A stretch of DNA of 59,957 nt, taken from contig JABMNV010000106.1 in assembly GCA_013203475.1 (NCBI GenBank), positions 1-59,957 on the forward strand, written 5' to 3'. The translations under genes were made by a program, and so were the position numbers. This document shows, piece by piece, positions 19,014 through 27,614 of this stretch. The stretch is from Acidobacteriota bacterium (GTDB taxonomy: Bacteria > Acidobacteriota > Vicinamibacteria > Vicinamibacterales > SCN-69-37). The notes beneath the pieces are model-generated. The model was given only the letters and a program-made list of their open reading frames with translations, ran no database searches and was not told where the DNA came from. How positions within the stretch are numbered: position 1 is the stretch's first letter; every line of letters begins with the position of its first letter.

Positions 19014-20799
19014 ACTGCGTCAAGATCTTGAGGGCGACAACGGTGGTGTCGTCGTTGCGGGGGAACCCATCTCGATGGGCGTCCACGGCCTCAACGATCG
19101 AGTCGATGATTTCCTTTGCGGTCAGGTGCTTGGTGCTCGCCACGATGTCCAGCAACCGCTCACTGCCAAACTCGTCGCTTTGTCGATTCATCGCTTCCGT
19201 GACGCCATCTGAACAGAAGACGAAGACATCTCCCGACGACAGGGGCAGACTCACCTCGTCATAGGTCATCCCGGAGAACGACCCCAGAGGCACGCCGGGC
19301 GCTTCAATCAGACGACACTCATCGGCAGTGGCGCGAACGGGATACGGCAATCCCGAGTTCGACAGCGTGACCATCTTTCGCTTGAGGTCAAAGATCGCAT
19401 AACACAGCGTGCAGTAGTACTCCTCAAGCTTGCGCTCATGCAGGATCGTGTTGATCGACATCAACACCGCAGCCGGCGACGACCGTTCGGGAACATAGCG
19501 CCGACGGAAGGTGCGGCCACGCACCAACTCTCCGGCAAACACGCTGTACAGCGCGGCGGGAACCCCTTTGCCTGACACGTCACCAAGCGCGATGATCAGG
19601 GTGTTTGACTCTGGTACGAGGTAGTCGTAAAAGTCGCCGCCCAGTTCCAGTGCCGCAGAAAACGACGCGTGAACATCCACGCCCTTTAGGCGCTTTGGCA
19701 ATTTGGTTGGCAGGAGTGCGGCCTGCACACGCCGGGCGAATTTCAGTTCTTTCTCCAGCCGCGCTTCGGTCTCTGAGACCTCTTCGTAGAGGCGGGCGTT
19801 CTCAATGGCGACCGCAGCCTGGCTTGCCAGCAGCGTCAGAATCTCGACGTCTCGTTTGCTGAACGCATCCAGGTCAGGGCTTTCCAAATCGAAGACGCCC
19901 ACGCAGCGGTCCTTGAGCAACATGGGCACCGCCAGTTCCGAGCGCACGTCGTCGACGACCTTGATGTAGCGGGGATCCTTGGACACATCGGGCACCAACA
20001 CGGCCTCACGATGCAGGGCGGCGTAGCCGACCAAGCCCTCGCCCATGGGAATCTTGGGTAATTCGACCCGGTCGCCAAACTGCACGGCCACCTTGATTTC
20101 AAGCTCGTCGGTGGCCTCGTTGAGCAACAGGATTCCGAACGTGCGGTAGTCGACCACCCGACGCGCCAGCTGGGCGATCCGCTCCAGGAGCAGGTCCAGA
20201 TCCATCAACGCGGCCACGTCGCGGCCGATCTCGGCCAGCGTCTCGAACGCCTCGGCGTCGAGGCGCTGCTGCTCAAACAGACGCGCGTTGACAAGCGCCA
20301 AGGCCACGTGAGCACCAAACTGGCGAAGAATGGCCGCGTCTCGCTCAGAATACATGTCGCGCGATCGGCTCAGCACATTGAGGGCACCGATCGACTTCTT
20401 CTTGTGCACAAGCGGCACGGCCATCGTGGAGGCCATGCCTGGGACCAATTCGACGTATTGGGGCTCCAGGCTGATGTCCCCCACCAGCCGAGTCTCCTGC
20501 CTGGTGATCACCTGGCCGACCAGACCGTGAGTCACATGGGGGTGGTAGTGCGAGGTGTCGGGGTAGCCCACGGCGTATCCGATGCTGAGCTCCCCGCGTT
20601 TTTCATCGTGGAGGTAGACCGCAAACGCGTCGAACGGTATGAGGCGGCCGATGAGTTCGGGGATTTTCTCAAGCAACTCGTCCAGATCGATCACGGACGC
20701 CACCCGACGACCCAGGTCGAACAACGTCAACAAGATGTCGCGTTCGCTGGTACCCACAGAGAGGGGAGAGGAGAGACGATCGGTAGAATGCGAACTCAT
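19012..20799 (-). CDS. GAF-GAF-PP2C (RsbU-like) phosphatase
   Basis: Two GAF repeats (SELAVPM, AVAIENARLY); GGDFYD, GDVSGKG, SDGVTEA and DDTT motifs. Confidence 0.9.
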   Translation of the reverse strand: MSSHSTDRLSSPLSVGTSERDILLTLFDLGRRVASVIDLDELLEKIPELIGRLIPFDAFAVYLHDEKRGELSIGYAVGYPDTSHYHPHVTHGLVGQVITRQETRLVGDISLEPQYVELVPGMASTMAVPLVHKKKSIGALNVLSRSRDMYSERDAAILRQFGAHVALALVNARLFEQQRLDAEAFETLAEIGRDVAALMDLDLLLERIAQLARRVVDYRTFGILLLNEATDELEIKVAVQFGDRVELPKIPMGEGLVGYAALHREAVLVPDVSKDPRYIKVVDDVRSELAVPMLLKDRCVGVFDLESPDLDAFSKRDVEILTLLASQAAVAIENARLYEEVSETEARLEKELKFARRVQAALLPTKLPKRLKGVDVHASFSAALELGGDFYDYLVPESNTLIIALGDVSGKGVPAALYSVFAGELVRGRTFRRRYVPERSSPAAVLMSINTILHERKLEEYYCTLCYAIFDLKRKMVTLSNSGLPYPVRATADECRLIEAPGVPLGSFSGMTYDEVSLPLSSGDVFVFCSDGVTEAMNRQSDEFGSERLLDIVASTKHLTAKEIIDSIVEAVDAHRDGFPRNDDTTVVALKILTQ

Positions 20800-20862
20800 T
20801 GGTGGGCTGACGCGCGGGTGGAACTGCTTGCAATTATACTTGGTTCTCCAACAAAGCCGACC

Positions 20863-21318
20863 ATGACCGACTTGAAGCTTCCACTCGACTACACCGCGAT
20901 CGAACGCATCCTGCCCCACCGATATCCGTTTTTGTTGGTGGACCGCATTACCGAGTTCGAGCCCGACACGCGCATCGTCGGCATCAAGAACATCTCCAGC
21001 AACGAGCGGTCACTGGCAAGGTCCCCGGGCCAGCGCCCGGCCATGCCCTCCACCTTGCTGACCGAAGCCGTCGCCCAAGTGGGCGCGATTCTGATCCTTT
21101 CGAAGGAAGAGAATCGCGACAAGCTGATTTTCTTCATGGGTATCGAGCGCGTGCGCTACCGTCGGCCAGTGCATCCTGGCGATGTGGTGCAGATTGAGGC
21201 CATCGTCAAGCGATTGCGGAGTCGGATGGGCGTGCTCAGCGGCACGGCCACCGTCAACGGCAGAGTCGTGTTGACGGGCAAGATGACGTTCGCGTTGGGA
21301 CCTCGGGACGCTAGCTAG
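20863..21318 (+). CDS. FabZ-like hotdog-fold protein lacking the catalytic His
   Basis: LPHRYPFLLVDRI, EAVAQ and RRPVHPGD motifs; FFxGHFP is replaced by RSLARSPG. Confidence 0.8.
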   Translation: MTDLKLPLDYTAIERILPHRYPFLLVDRITEFEPDTRIVGIKNISSNERSLARSPGQRPAMPSTLLTEAVAQVGAILILSKEENRDKLIFFMGIERVRYRRPVHPGDVVQIEAIVKRLRSRMGVLSGTATVNGRVVLTGKMTFALGPRDAS

Positions 21319-22487
21319 ATCGAGCGAAGCATGATCAAGCCGTCCAGGGCGGCGACCCGAGCGCGGGCCGGATCGGGCACAGGCGCGGTCGTATCGGCCA
21401 CGACATAGACCATCTCGTTGCGGGTGGCACTGGCCAGTCCGGCCACGATGGCCCCTCCCCGGGTCAAGGAGTCTGACACCGTGGCCGCCGATTGCTCCGC
21501 GGCTCGCACGAGACAGAGACAACGATGCGCAGACTGTCTGGACGCTACCAGTTCAGGAAAATTGACGGCATTGCGCACGGAGCCGTGCTCCAGAAAATCA
21601 CGAACCTGGTCAGCCACCATCACGGCGCAGTTATCTTCGGCTTCTCCGGTGGACGCGCCCAGGTGTGGCAACGTGATGCACTTGGGATGATTGGTCGTCA
21701 GGGCTGTCGGAAAGTCACTGATGTAGCCATGGGCGTGCCCCATGTCGAGTGCCTCCACCATGGCCGCTTCGTTCACGATACCTTCGCGCGCGAAGTTCAG
21801 CACGACGACGCGCGGCTTCATTGCCTTGAGACGATCGGCGTCGATCAGGTTTCTCGTAGTCGACCCGAGGGGCACATGCGCCGTGACGAAGTCTGCCGTG
21901 CGAAGGGCTTCATCCAGAGAGCGCGCGCGCTGGATGGATGCAGACAATTGCCAGGCGCCGTCAAGCGTGAGGCCTGGGTCATACCCGACCACCCGCATGC
22001 CGAGTACGGCGGCGGCATTCGCCACGCGCCCGCCAATGGCGCCGAGACCGATCACGGCCAGCGTGCGGCCGGGCAGCTCGTAGCCGGCGAACATCTTCTT
22101 CCCCTTCTCCACCGCCGCCTTGAGTTCCTCTGGTGTGCTCGCCGCTTGCACCTGCTCACGCGCAAACAGCGCCGCCGGGACAATTTGCCGACACGACATA
22201 ATGAGAGCCGCAATGACGAGTTCTTTGACCGCATTGGCATTGGCGCCTGGGGCGTTGAAGACGGGAATGCCGCGCGCGGTCATCGCTGTGACCGGGATGT
22301 TGTTGACACCCGCGCCGGCGCGGCCAATCGCCTTCAGAGATGAGCCCAACTCAGCGGTGTGGAGATCAGCGGACCTGAGCAGGATGGCGTCAGGGTTGGA
22401 GAGGTCGGCGCCAGTGGTAAACCGGTCTTTGGGCAGCCGTGCGAGACCGACCGGAGAGATGTTGTTGAGTGTCTGGATGTTGAACAT
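21315..22487 (-). CDS. serA: D-3-phosphoglycerate dehydrogenase with C-terminal ACT-like domain
   Basis: RAGAGVNNI, PGANANAVKEL, GLGAIG, NFAR and PHLGASTGEAEDNC motifs. Confidence 0.85.
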   Translation of the reverse strand: MFNIQTLNNISPVGLARLPKDRFTTGADLSNPDAILLRSADLHTAELGSSLKAIGRAGAGVNNIPVTAMTARGIPVFNAPGANANAVKELVIAALIMSCRQIVPAALFAREQVQAASTPEELKAAVEKGKKMFAGYELPGRTLAVIGLGAIGGRVANAAAVLGMRVVGYDPGLTLDGAWQLSASIQRARSLDEALRTADFVTAHVPLGSTTRNLIDADRLKAMKPRVVVLNFAREGIVNEAAMVEALDMGHAHGYISDFPTALTTNHPKCITLPHLGASTGEAEDNCAVMVADQVRDFLEHGSVRNAVNFPELVASRQSAHRCLCLVRAAEQSAATVSDSLTRGGAIVAGLASATRNEMVYVVADTTAPVPDPARARVAALDGLIMLRSI

Positions 22488-22505
22488 GATGCTTGGCCAA
22501 GACTA

Positions 22506-23456
22506 TCAGGACCCTTTGTATAACACCCGGTCGAAGCGCCGATGGTACGACGTGAAGGGCCCAGCGGTATCGTCAGCGTCAATGTGTTTGTGCACCTGAT
22601 GAATCTTCGCGTCGAGGTCATCAGCCGCGGCCAGGATAAAGGCCTCGACGGTCATCGGCTCGACAGGAGACCCCATCGCTTTGGCACCGTGGTGTGACAG
22701 GACCAGATGTTCGAGCTGAAGCTGGATGTCATAGGGGAATCCGGTCATGGCCTGCGCTGTCTCTCGCACCAGCGACGCCCCCATGGTGATGTGGCCGATC
22801 AGGTTCCCTTCCACGGAATACTCGGTGGTCACGCCATACGACAGCTCATCGAGCTTACCAATGTCGTGCAGGATCGCTCCGGCCACCAACACGTCGCGAT
22901 TGGCACCGTAGGCGTCGGCGAGAAAGATCACCGTGTCGAGAATTTTGAGGACGTGTTCCAGAAGTCCGCCGCGGTAGGCGTGGTGCACCGACTGTGCCGC
23001 TGGCCAGATTCTGAGACGATCGCCCTGCTTCGCCAGAATGCGATTGAGCAACTCACGCACCTCCGGCGTGGTAATCCCCGCCACATGGGCCTCAAGCTCC
23101 TGCCACATCTCATCGAGCGGACGCGGGGCGCAGGGAATACACGACTCCTCACGAAAACCATCAAGCGCGTCGTGCTGCGCGTCAACCCGACGGATCTTGT
23201 CGATGACCAACTCCAACCGCTGATTGAAGAGGTTGCCGCGCGCCTGGATCTTCACGAACTCTCCGGCATCGAACTCGTCCTTCAGCACGTCGACATCCTG
23301 AAAGATTTTGGCCTTGATTTCGCCCGACGTGTCCTGAAGAACGATAGCGAGATAGTTGCCGCTCTTGCCTGAACGCAGTTCCTTTCGAGCGCACAAGAAG
23401 AACCCCCATCCGTTGGAGGTGCCGGTCAGATCAGAGATTTTTGATAGTTGGGTCAT
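22506..23456 (-). CDS. yhaM: YhaM/Cbf1-like 3'-5' exoribonuclease (OB fold + HD)
   Basis: N-terminal OB fold; PAAQSVHHAYRGGLLEH, LHDIGK, GHI, SHHG and DDLDAK motifs. Confidence 0.85.
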   Translation of the reverse strand: MTQLSKISDLTGTSNGWGFFLCARKELRSGKSGNYLAIVLQDTSGEIKAKIFQDVDVLKDEFDAGEFVKIQARGNLFNQRLELVIDKIRRVDAQHDALDGFREESCIPCAPRPLDEMWQELEAHVAGITTPEVRELLNRILAKQGDRLRIWPAAQSVHHAYRGGLLEHVLKILDTVIFLADAYGANRDVLVAGAILHDIGKLDELSYGVTTEYSVEGNLIGHITMGASLVRETAQAMTGFPYDIQLQLEHLVLSHHGAKAMGSPVEPMTVEAFILAAADDLDAKIHQVHKHIDADDTAGPFTSYHRRFDRVLYKGS

Positions 23457-23652
23457 GGGCCAACTGAGTGTACTGCGAGATGTTCACGCGCTCCGAGTGC
23501 CTCACAGACGCGGTGCTTCCGTTTTCTGGACTGGGGTGGTCTTTTGTCCGTACCGTCCTCGATTGGCGCAGGCCGGCTGGCAGCGGCAAACCCGGAGACC
23601 TACGGCCGCCAAAGTCGATGCCTGGATGGCCGTTGGACGACCGTGAAGGCAC

Positions 23653-23897
23653 GTCGTTAATCGCAGTCAGGACAAGGACATGGTCACAACCCTCGGGTGG
23701 TTCATCTGCCACACGTTGACGGTCGACGAGGGTGTCAGGTCCCGCACCGTCCGGACCTGAAGGCCACCCACACCTACGGCGACGATCAGAAGGTCCTGCT
23801 GTCCACCGAGACGATGACCGTCGCCGTGACCGGCAGTTCGTTCACTTACACCTTTCCCGCGCACTCCCTGACGATTCTCCGTGTGAAGGGTGGGTAG
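23653..23897 (+). pseudogene. Fragment of an alpha-L-arabinofuranosidase (GH51) C-terminal domain
   Basis: [13 protein letters not shown] and, in another frame, [11 protein letters not shown]...[17 protein letters not shown]; no catalytic domain. Confidence 0.6.
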
Positions 23898-23986
23898 TGC
23901 CCTCGGGGCTGTAGCGCGCCTGAGCCGAAGGCCCGAAGAACCGTTTGTTCCGGGGCTTGATGAAGAATCCGGGCTAGTATTCCGAT

Positions 23987-24541
23987 ATGCGTACGAATTT
24001 TTCTATTTTGGGGCGGTCACGTGTCCCGCAGTCATTGGTCGCGCTGGCTGGCCTGTTCACGATTTCGTGTGCACCTGCGGCTGATTCGACGGCTGTGGAG
24101 CAGGCGGCGCAGGCGGCTGCACCAACCCCGCCTCCCGCGACTGGATTTCAGGTGGCGCCAGGGCTCCCGCCCCTCCCCACCGCTGGCCTGGCGGCCGCAC
24201 CTCGGTCCGTAGAGACCGTCCGTGCGGTCTACGAATTCGCGGCCAGTCACCCTGAGGTGCTCGACTACGTGCCCTGCTTTTGTGGTTGTGAAAGTGCGGG
24301 CCACAAGAGCAACACCCATTGTTTTGTCGGCGCTCGCAATTCAGAGGGTACCGTCACGCAGTGGGATTACCACGGACTCACTTGAGGGATCTGTATTGAC
24401 GTCGCGCGTGACGCGATGCAAATGTACAACGGTGGTACCTCGGTGAAAGACATTCGATCGTCCATCGACAAGAAATACGCGGGTGCGATGACCCGCACGC
24501 CGACACCGGCACCGCCCGACGGTGGCGGCGATCGGCACTAG
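23987..24541 (+). CDS. PCYCGC-motif lipoprotein, probable selenoprotein (UGA at 24383-24385 = Sec), 184 aa
   Basis: Lipobox TISC; PCFCGC..GHKSN.HCF; WDYHGLT-UGA-GICIDVA continues in frame through IRSSIDKKY and TPTPAPP to TAG at 24539-24541. Confidence 0.85.
24392..24420 (+). promoter_or_regulatory. Bacterial SECIS-like hairpin
   Basis: UGUAUUG-A-CGUC[GCGCGU]GACG-CGAUGCA. The apical loop starts with G, 18 nt after the UGA. Confidence 0.7.
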
Positions 24542-24548
24542 GACTCTC

Positions 24549-26078
24549 GTGGCCAGCGGTCGCCACCCCTCGCTTCCGGACGATGCGTTTTTTCATCTGT
24601 TCGAGGGACTGCGCGAGGGCGTCTACATCGGGTTGATCGGGGCCGACTCCTCCGCAACGTTCGCCGCCAATCCCCACCTCCGGTTGATCCTGGGGTGGGC
24701 CGAAGACGTGGCCACCAGCGAGGTTCGGCCATTTGAAGCCGACCGTTTTGTCGACCCGATCGCACGCGACAGCTTCGTCTCACTGCTCAAGCGGGACGGC
24801 GCCGTTCACGATCACCTGCTCCGCCTCAGACGGGTCGACGGCACGGCGGTGTGGATCGAAGTCACGGCCCGGGCCGGACCGCTCGCTGATTCGCTTCGTG
24901 TGGAAGCCGTGATGCGCGACGTCACCGAGCGGAAGAAGCTCGAGGACCAGGCCCGGGAGGTCTTCCACCAACTCTCACAGGCAGAAAAGCTTGCGGCCCT
25001 GGGACAGACGATGTCCGGCGTCGCGCATGAACTCAATAACCCTTTGGCCACGGTGTTGGCCTGCGCTGAGCGCCTGGCCGGACGCCAACTCGACGACCAG
25101 ACATCACGCGACCTGGACGCGATTCATAACGCCGCCGAACGCGCAGCCCGAATCGTACGAAACCTTCAGACGTTTGCCCGCAAACGGCATACGACACGCA
25201 CGATGGTAGACATCAATCACGTGATGCGCGACACGCTCGCCCTGCGTGCGTATGAACAGCAAGTCGCCAATGTCGTGATCGTTGAGGCCCTGGCGTCGGC
25301 ATTGCCACAGGTGTTTGCCGACCCGCATCAAATTCAGCAAGTACTCCTCAACCTCGTCATCAACGCCGAACACGCGATGCTTGGCGCACACGGTCGTGGC
25401 TTGATGATGCTGCGCTCGTGGCATGAACCTGAGCGCGACGCGGTGCTGCTCGAAGTGAGCGATGACGGCCCGGGTATTCCCGAGGACGTACAGGCCAAGA
25501 TCTTTGATCCGTTCTTTACAACAAAGGCCGTCGGTAAGGGCACCGGGCTTGGGCTGACGGTCGCCTACGCCATCGCTCACGAGCACGGTGGCCGGATCAG
25601 CGTGTCGTCCGTTCCGGGCGGTGGCGCGTCCTTCGTGCTCGAACTGCCGTCAGGTGGCACGCACGTTCGGGCGCCTGAGTCGTCGTCGGCGCCTCCAGCC
25701 GCGGAAGTGCCCGTGGGAACGCGGGCCCTGGTCGTGGAAGACGAACAGGCGCTGGGTGAGGCCGTGGCAGACACGCTCAGGGACGCCGGGTTCGAAGTGG
25801 ATCGTGCGGCCGATGGCGAAGAGGCGATCGCGCACACACAAACGCGCGCCTACGACGTGATCATTTGTGACCTGAAGATGCCGCGCGTGGACGGCATGGA
25901 ATTTTTTGATCATCTCGCGGCCACGGCGCCTGCGCTGACGAAGCGCTTGATCTTCGTGACGGGCGATGTGGCGGGAACCGAAGCGGAAGCGTTTCTTGAA
26001 CGCAGCGGCTGCCATTGGCTGGCCAAGCCGTTCCGGTTACGCGACGTCGTACGTCTGGCGCGTGAAGTGATCGCGTAG
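24549..26078 (+). CDS. Cytoplasmic hybrid histidine kinase (PAS-HisKA-HATPase-REC)
   Basis: RDVTERK, AHELNNPL, QVLLNLVINA, DDGPGI, FFTTK, GTGLGL; receiver VEDE/CDLKMP/KPF. GTG at 24549 after AGGA preferred. Confidence 0.9.
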   Translation: MASGRHPSLPDDAFFHLFEGLREGVYIGLIGADSSATFAANPHLRLILGWAEDVATSEVRPFEADRFVDPIARDSFVSLLKRDGAVHDHLLRLRRVDGTAVWIEVTARAGPLADSLRVEAVMRDVTERKKLEDQAREVFHQLSQAEKLAALGQTMSGVAHELNNPLATVLACAERLAGRQLDDQTSRDLDAIHNAAERAARIVRNLQTFARKRHTTRTMVDINHVMRDTLALRAYEQQVANVVIVEALASALPQVFADPHQIQQVLLNLVINAEHAMLGAHGRGLMMLRSWHEPERDAVLLEVSDDGPGIPEDVQAKIFDPFFTTKAVGKGTGLGLTVAYAIAHEHGGRISVSSVPGGGASFVLELPSGGTHVRAPESSSAPPAAEVPVGTRALVVEDEQALGEAVADTLRDAGFEVDRAADGEEAIAHTQTRAYDVIICDLKMPRVDGMEFFDHLAATAPALTKRLIFVTGDVAGTEAEAFLERSGCHWLAKPFRLRDVVRLAREVIA

Positions 26079-26096
26079 CGTGATCGTAGAAAGTGT

Positions 26097-26846
26097 CTAG
26101 GCGACGGCCTGAGACTCGAAGGCCAGCGCCGGCATCTTCGCGGGCATCAGGGCTGTGCGCAAGCGAGCCACCGCACGGGCATGCAGTTGTGACACGCGCG
26201 ATTCGTTCACGCCAATATCCTTCCCAATCTGCTTCATCGTCGCTTCACGGAAGTAGTAGAGGCTGATAATCCGGCGCTCGCGGGCCGGCAGGGACGCCAA
26301 GGCCGCTCGGACACGCGCACGTGATTCGTTGTCTTCGTATTCCCGATCAGGCGCGGGGGGTTCGCTCGGCACGAGCACTGCGGGCAACGTGGAGCTGTTC
26401 ACCGAATCGTGGTTGGCCATCGGCGAGGTCGACTCGATCGTGCTGATTCGAAGGATCGTGCGTTCGAGTCGGGACTCATCGGCCCCAACTCGCTTGGCCA
26501 GGTCGGAAAGCGTCGGCTCGGCGCCGAGCTCGCGGCGAAGCGATTCGCGGGCGGCCTCAAGCTCACGGCGTTGGCGGCGCACGCCGCGAGGCCAGGCGTC
26601 ACGGCGCAGGGCGTCGATCATGGCACCGCGCACCCGGCGCTCAGCAAACGTCTCAAACTTGATTCCCCGAGCCTCGTCAAAACGGTGCGCCGCGTCCATA
26701 AGGCCAATCACGCCATCCTGGACTAGGTCACTCACGTCGACGGAGTTGGGCATCGTGGACGCCATGCGTCGGGCGAGTGATTCGACGAACGGTAGTGTGG
26801 CGACGACCCGGTCGTGCTGGTGATTGGCAAGTGGCGAACGCTGCAT
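26097..26846 (-). CDS. RNA polymerase sigma factor, FliA/WhiG (sigma28) family
   Basis: DLVQDGVIGL, KFETFAERRVRGAMID and IGVNESRVSQLH motifs; GGAGG RBS. Confidence 0.9.
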   Translation of the reverse strand: MQRSPLANHQHDRVVATLPFVESLARRMASTMPNSVDVSDLVQDGVIGLMDAAHRFDEARGIKFETFAERRVRGAMIDALRRDAWPRGVRRQRRELEAARESLRRELGAEPTLSDLAKRVGADESRLERTILRISTIESTSPMANHDSVNSSTLPAVLVPSEPPAPDREYEDNESRARVRAALASLPARERRIISLYYFREATMKQIGKDIGVNESRVSQLHARAVARLRTALMPAKMPALAFESQAVA

Positions 26847-26896
26847 AGACCCTCCAGGTGAGCCGGCCAGCTAGTTGGCCGAACGCTGCTATGAAG

Positions 26897-26913
26897 GGCA
26901 ACACGGATGCCAA
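26897..26913 (-). promoter_or_regulatory. sigma54 (-24/-12) promoter of the sigma28-family gene
   Basis: Minus strand TTGGCATCCGTGTTGCC: GG-N10-GC, about 50 nt upstream of the ATG. Confidence 0.8.
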
Positions 26914-26975
26914 GTCGATAAGCGAAGAAAGAACAAAACTGTCTTCGGCCGGTGACTTCGCACTAACCGTCTTGT

Positions 26976-26988
26976 TATCAGTGATTTA
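26976..26988 (+). promoter_or_regulatory. IHF binding site
   Basis: TATCAGTGATTTA matches WATCARNNNNTTR; lies between the promoter and the enhancer sites. Confidence 0.6.
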
Positions 26989-27043
26989 AGAGGTTGTTTC
27001 GGGGTGTGAAGGTGTGTGCAACGGCGTGCTTTTTTGGGACGAA

Positions 27044-27092
27044 GTGGTCAATCGTATGACAGGCCGTGAAGGGCGTGGTCAAAAATATGACA
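27044..27092. promoter_or_regulatory. Tandem enhancer (UAS) sites GTCA-N6-TGAC
   Basis: GTGGTCAATCGTATGACA (27044-27061) and GTGGTCAAAAATATGACA (27075-27092), with a 31-bp period. Confidence 0.7.
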
Positions 27093-27335
27093 CTAGGAAG
27101 TCTCTGGGATGGGGATGATTTGGCGAATCTGCTGGCTGGTTCGGATGGCCTCAAGTGCGCCTGCGACCACTTGGGTCGCCCGGGCTCGATGCGTCTCTTC
27201 AGCCAGGCGGTGCTCGAGTAGTTCGGCGTTCGCCAGGATAATCCCGAGTTGGTTATTCAGGCGGTGAAAGAGCTGGTTGAGGTCGCGTTCTGTCGTTGTC
27301 GCGCCAACATCTGCCCGAATGTCTGGTCGAGCCAT
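27093..27335 (-). CDS. Stand-alone HisKA/DHp micro-protein (80 aa)
   Basis: LFHRLNNQLGIILANAELL H-box helix plus a second helix; no ATPase or sensor domain. Confidence 0.7.
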   Translation of the reverse strand: MARPDIRADVGATTTERDLNQLFHRLNNQLGIILANAELLEHRLAEETHRARATQVVAGALEAIRTSQQIRQIIPIPETS

Positions 27336-27342
27336 GATCTGG

Positions 27343-27546
27343 TCAGGCAGACCGATGCAGGTCGAAGGCGCTCGTGGTGGGAGCATGAGCATCGCGCCAC
27401 AGGGAATCTTCGAAGATGCGAACGGACCCGCCGGCCGTTCTGACGTACTGCACCTTGCGGCTGGCGATCCAGTTGTAAATGGTCCGGCGACTGACACCCA
27501 CCACTTCACACGCTCTGGGAATTGAGACGGTCTTCCGTTCAAGCAT
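27343..27546 (-). CDS. Small excisionase/MerR-like (BldC-like) HTH DNA-binding protein (67 aa)
   Basis: ACEVVGVSRRTIYNWIASRKVQYVRTAGGSVRI. Confidence 0.8.
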   Translation of the reverse strand: MLERKTVSIPRACEVVGVSRRTIYNWIASRKVQYVRTAGGSVRIFEDSLWRDAHAPTTSAFDLHRSA

Positions 27547-27556
27547 ACGTCCGGAA

Positions 27557-27584
27557 CTATCGGCCGCCTCGGCGGCGAACTGTA
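27557..27584 (-). promoter_or_regulatory. Putative sigma28-type promoter
   Basis: Minus strand TACA-N16-GCCGATAG versus TAAA-N15/16-GCCGATAA; ends 10 nt before the HTH ATG. Confidence 0.6.
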
Positions 27585-27614
27585 GGTCTGTGTCAAAATA
27601 CCGGCGCGCTCCAC

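Noticed and set aside
20308-20862. Long N-terminal extension on FabZ
   Set aside because: Antisense to the GAF-PP2C gene; FabZ similarity begins at ATG 20863.
26892-26921. Plus-strand sigma28 promoter ending GTCGATAA
   Set aside because: The -35 match and spacing (18 nt) are poor, and no gene lies downstream on that strand.
27343-27546. Prophage or ICE excisionase
   Set aside because: No integrase, att-linked tRNA or phage genes in the window.
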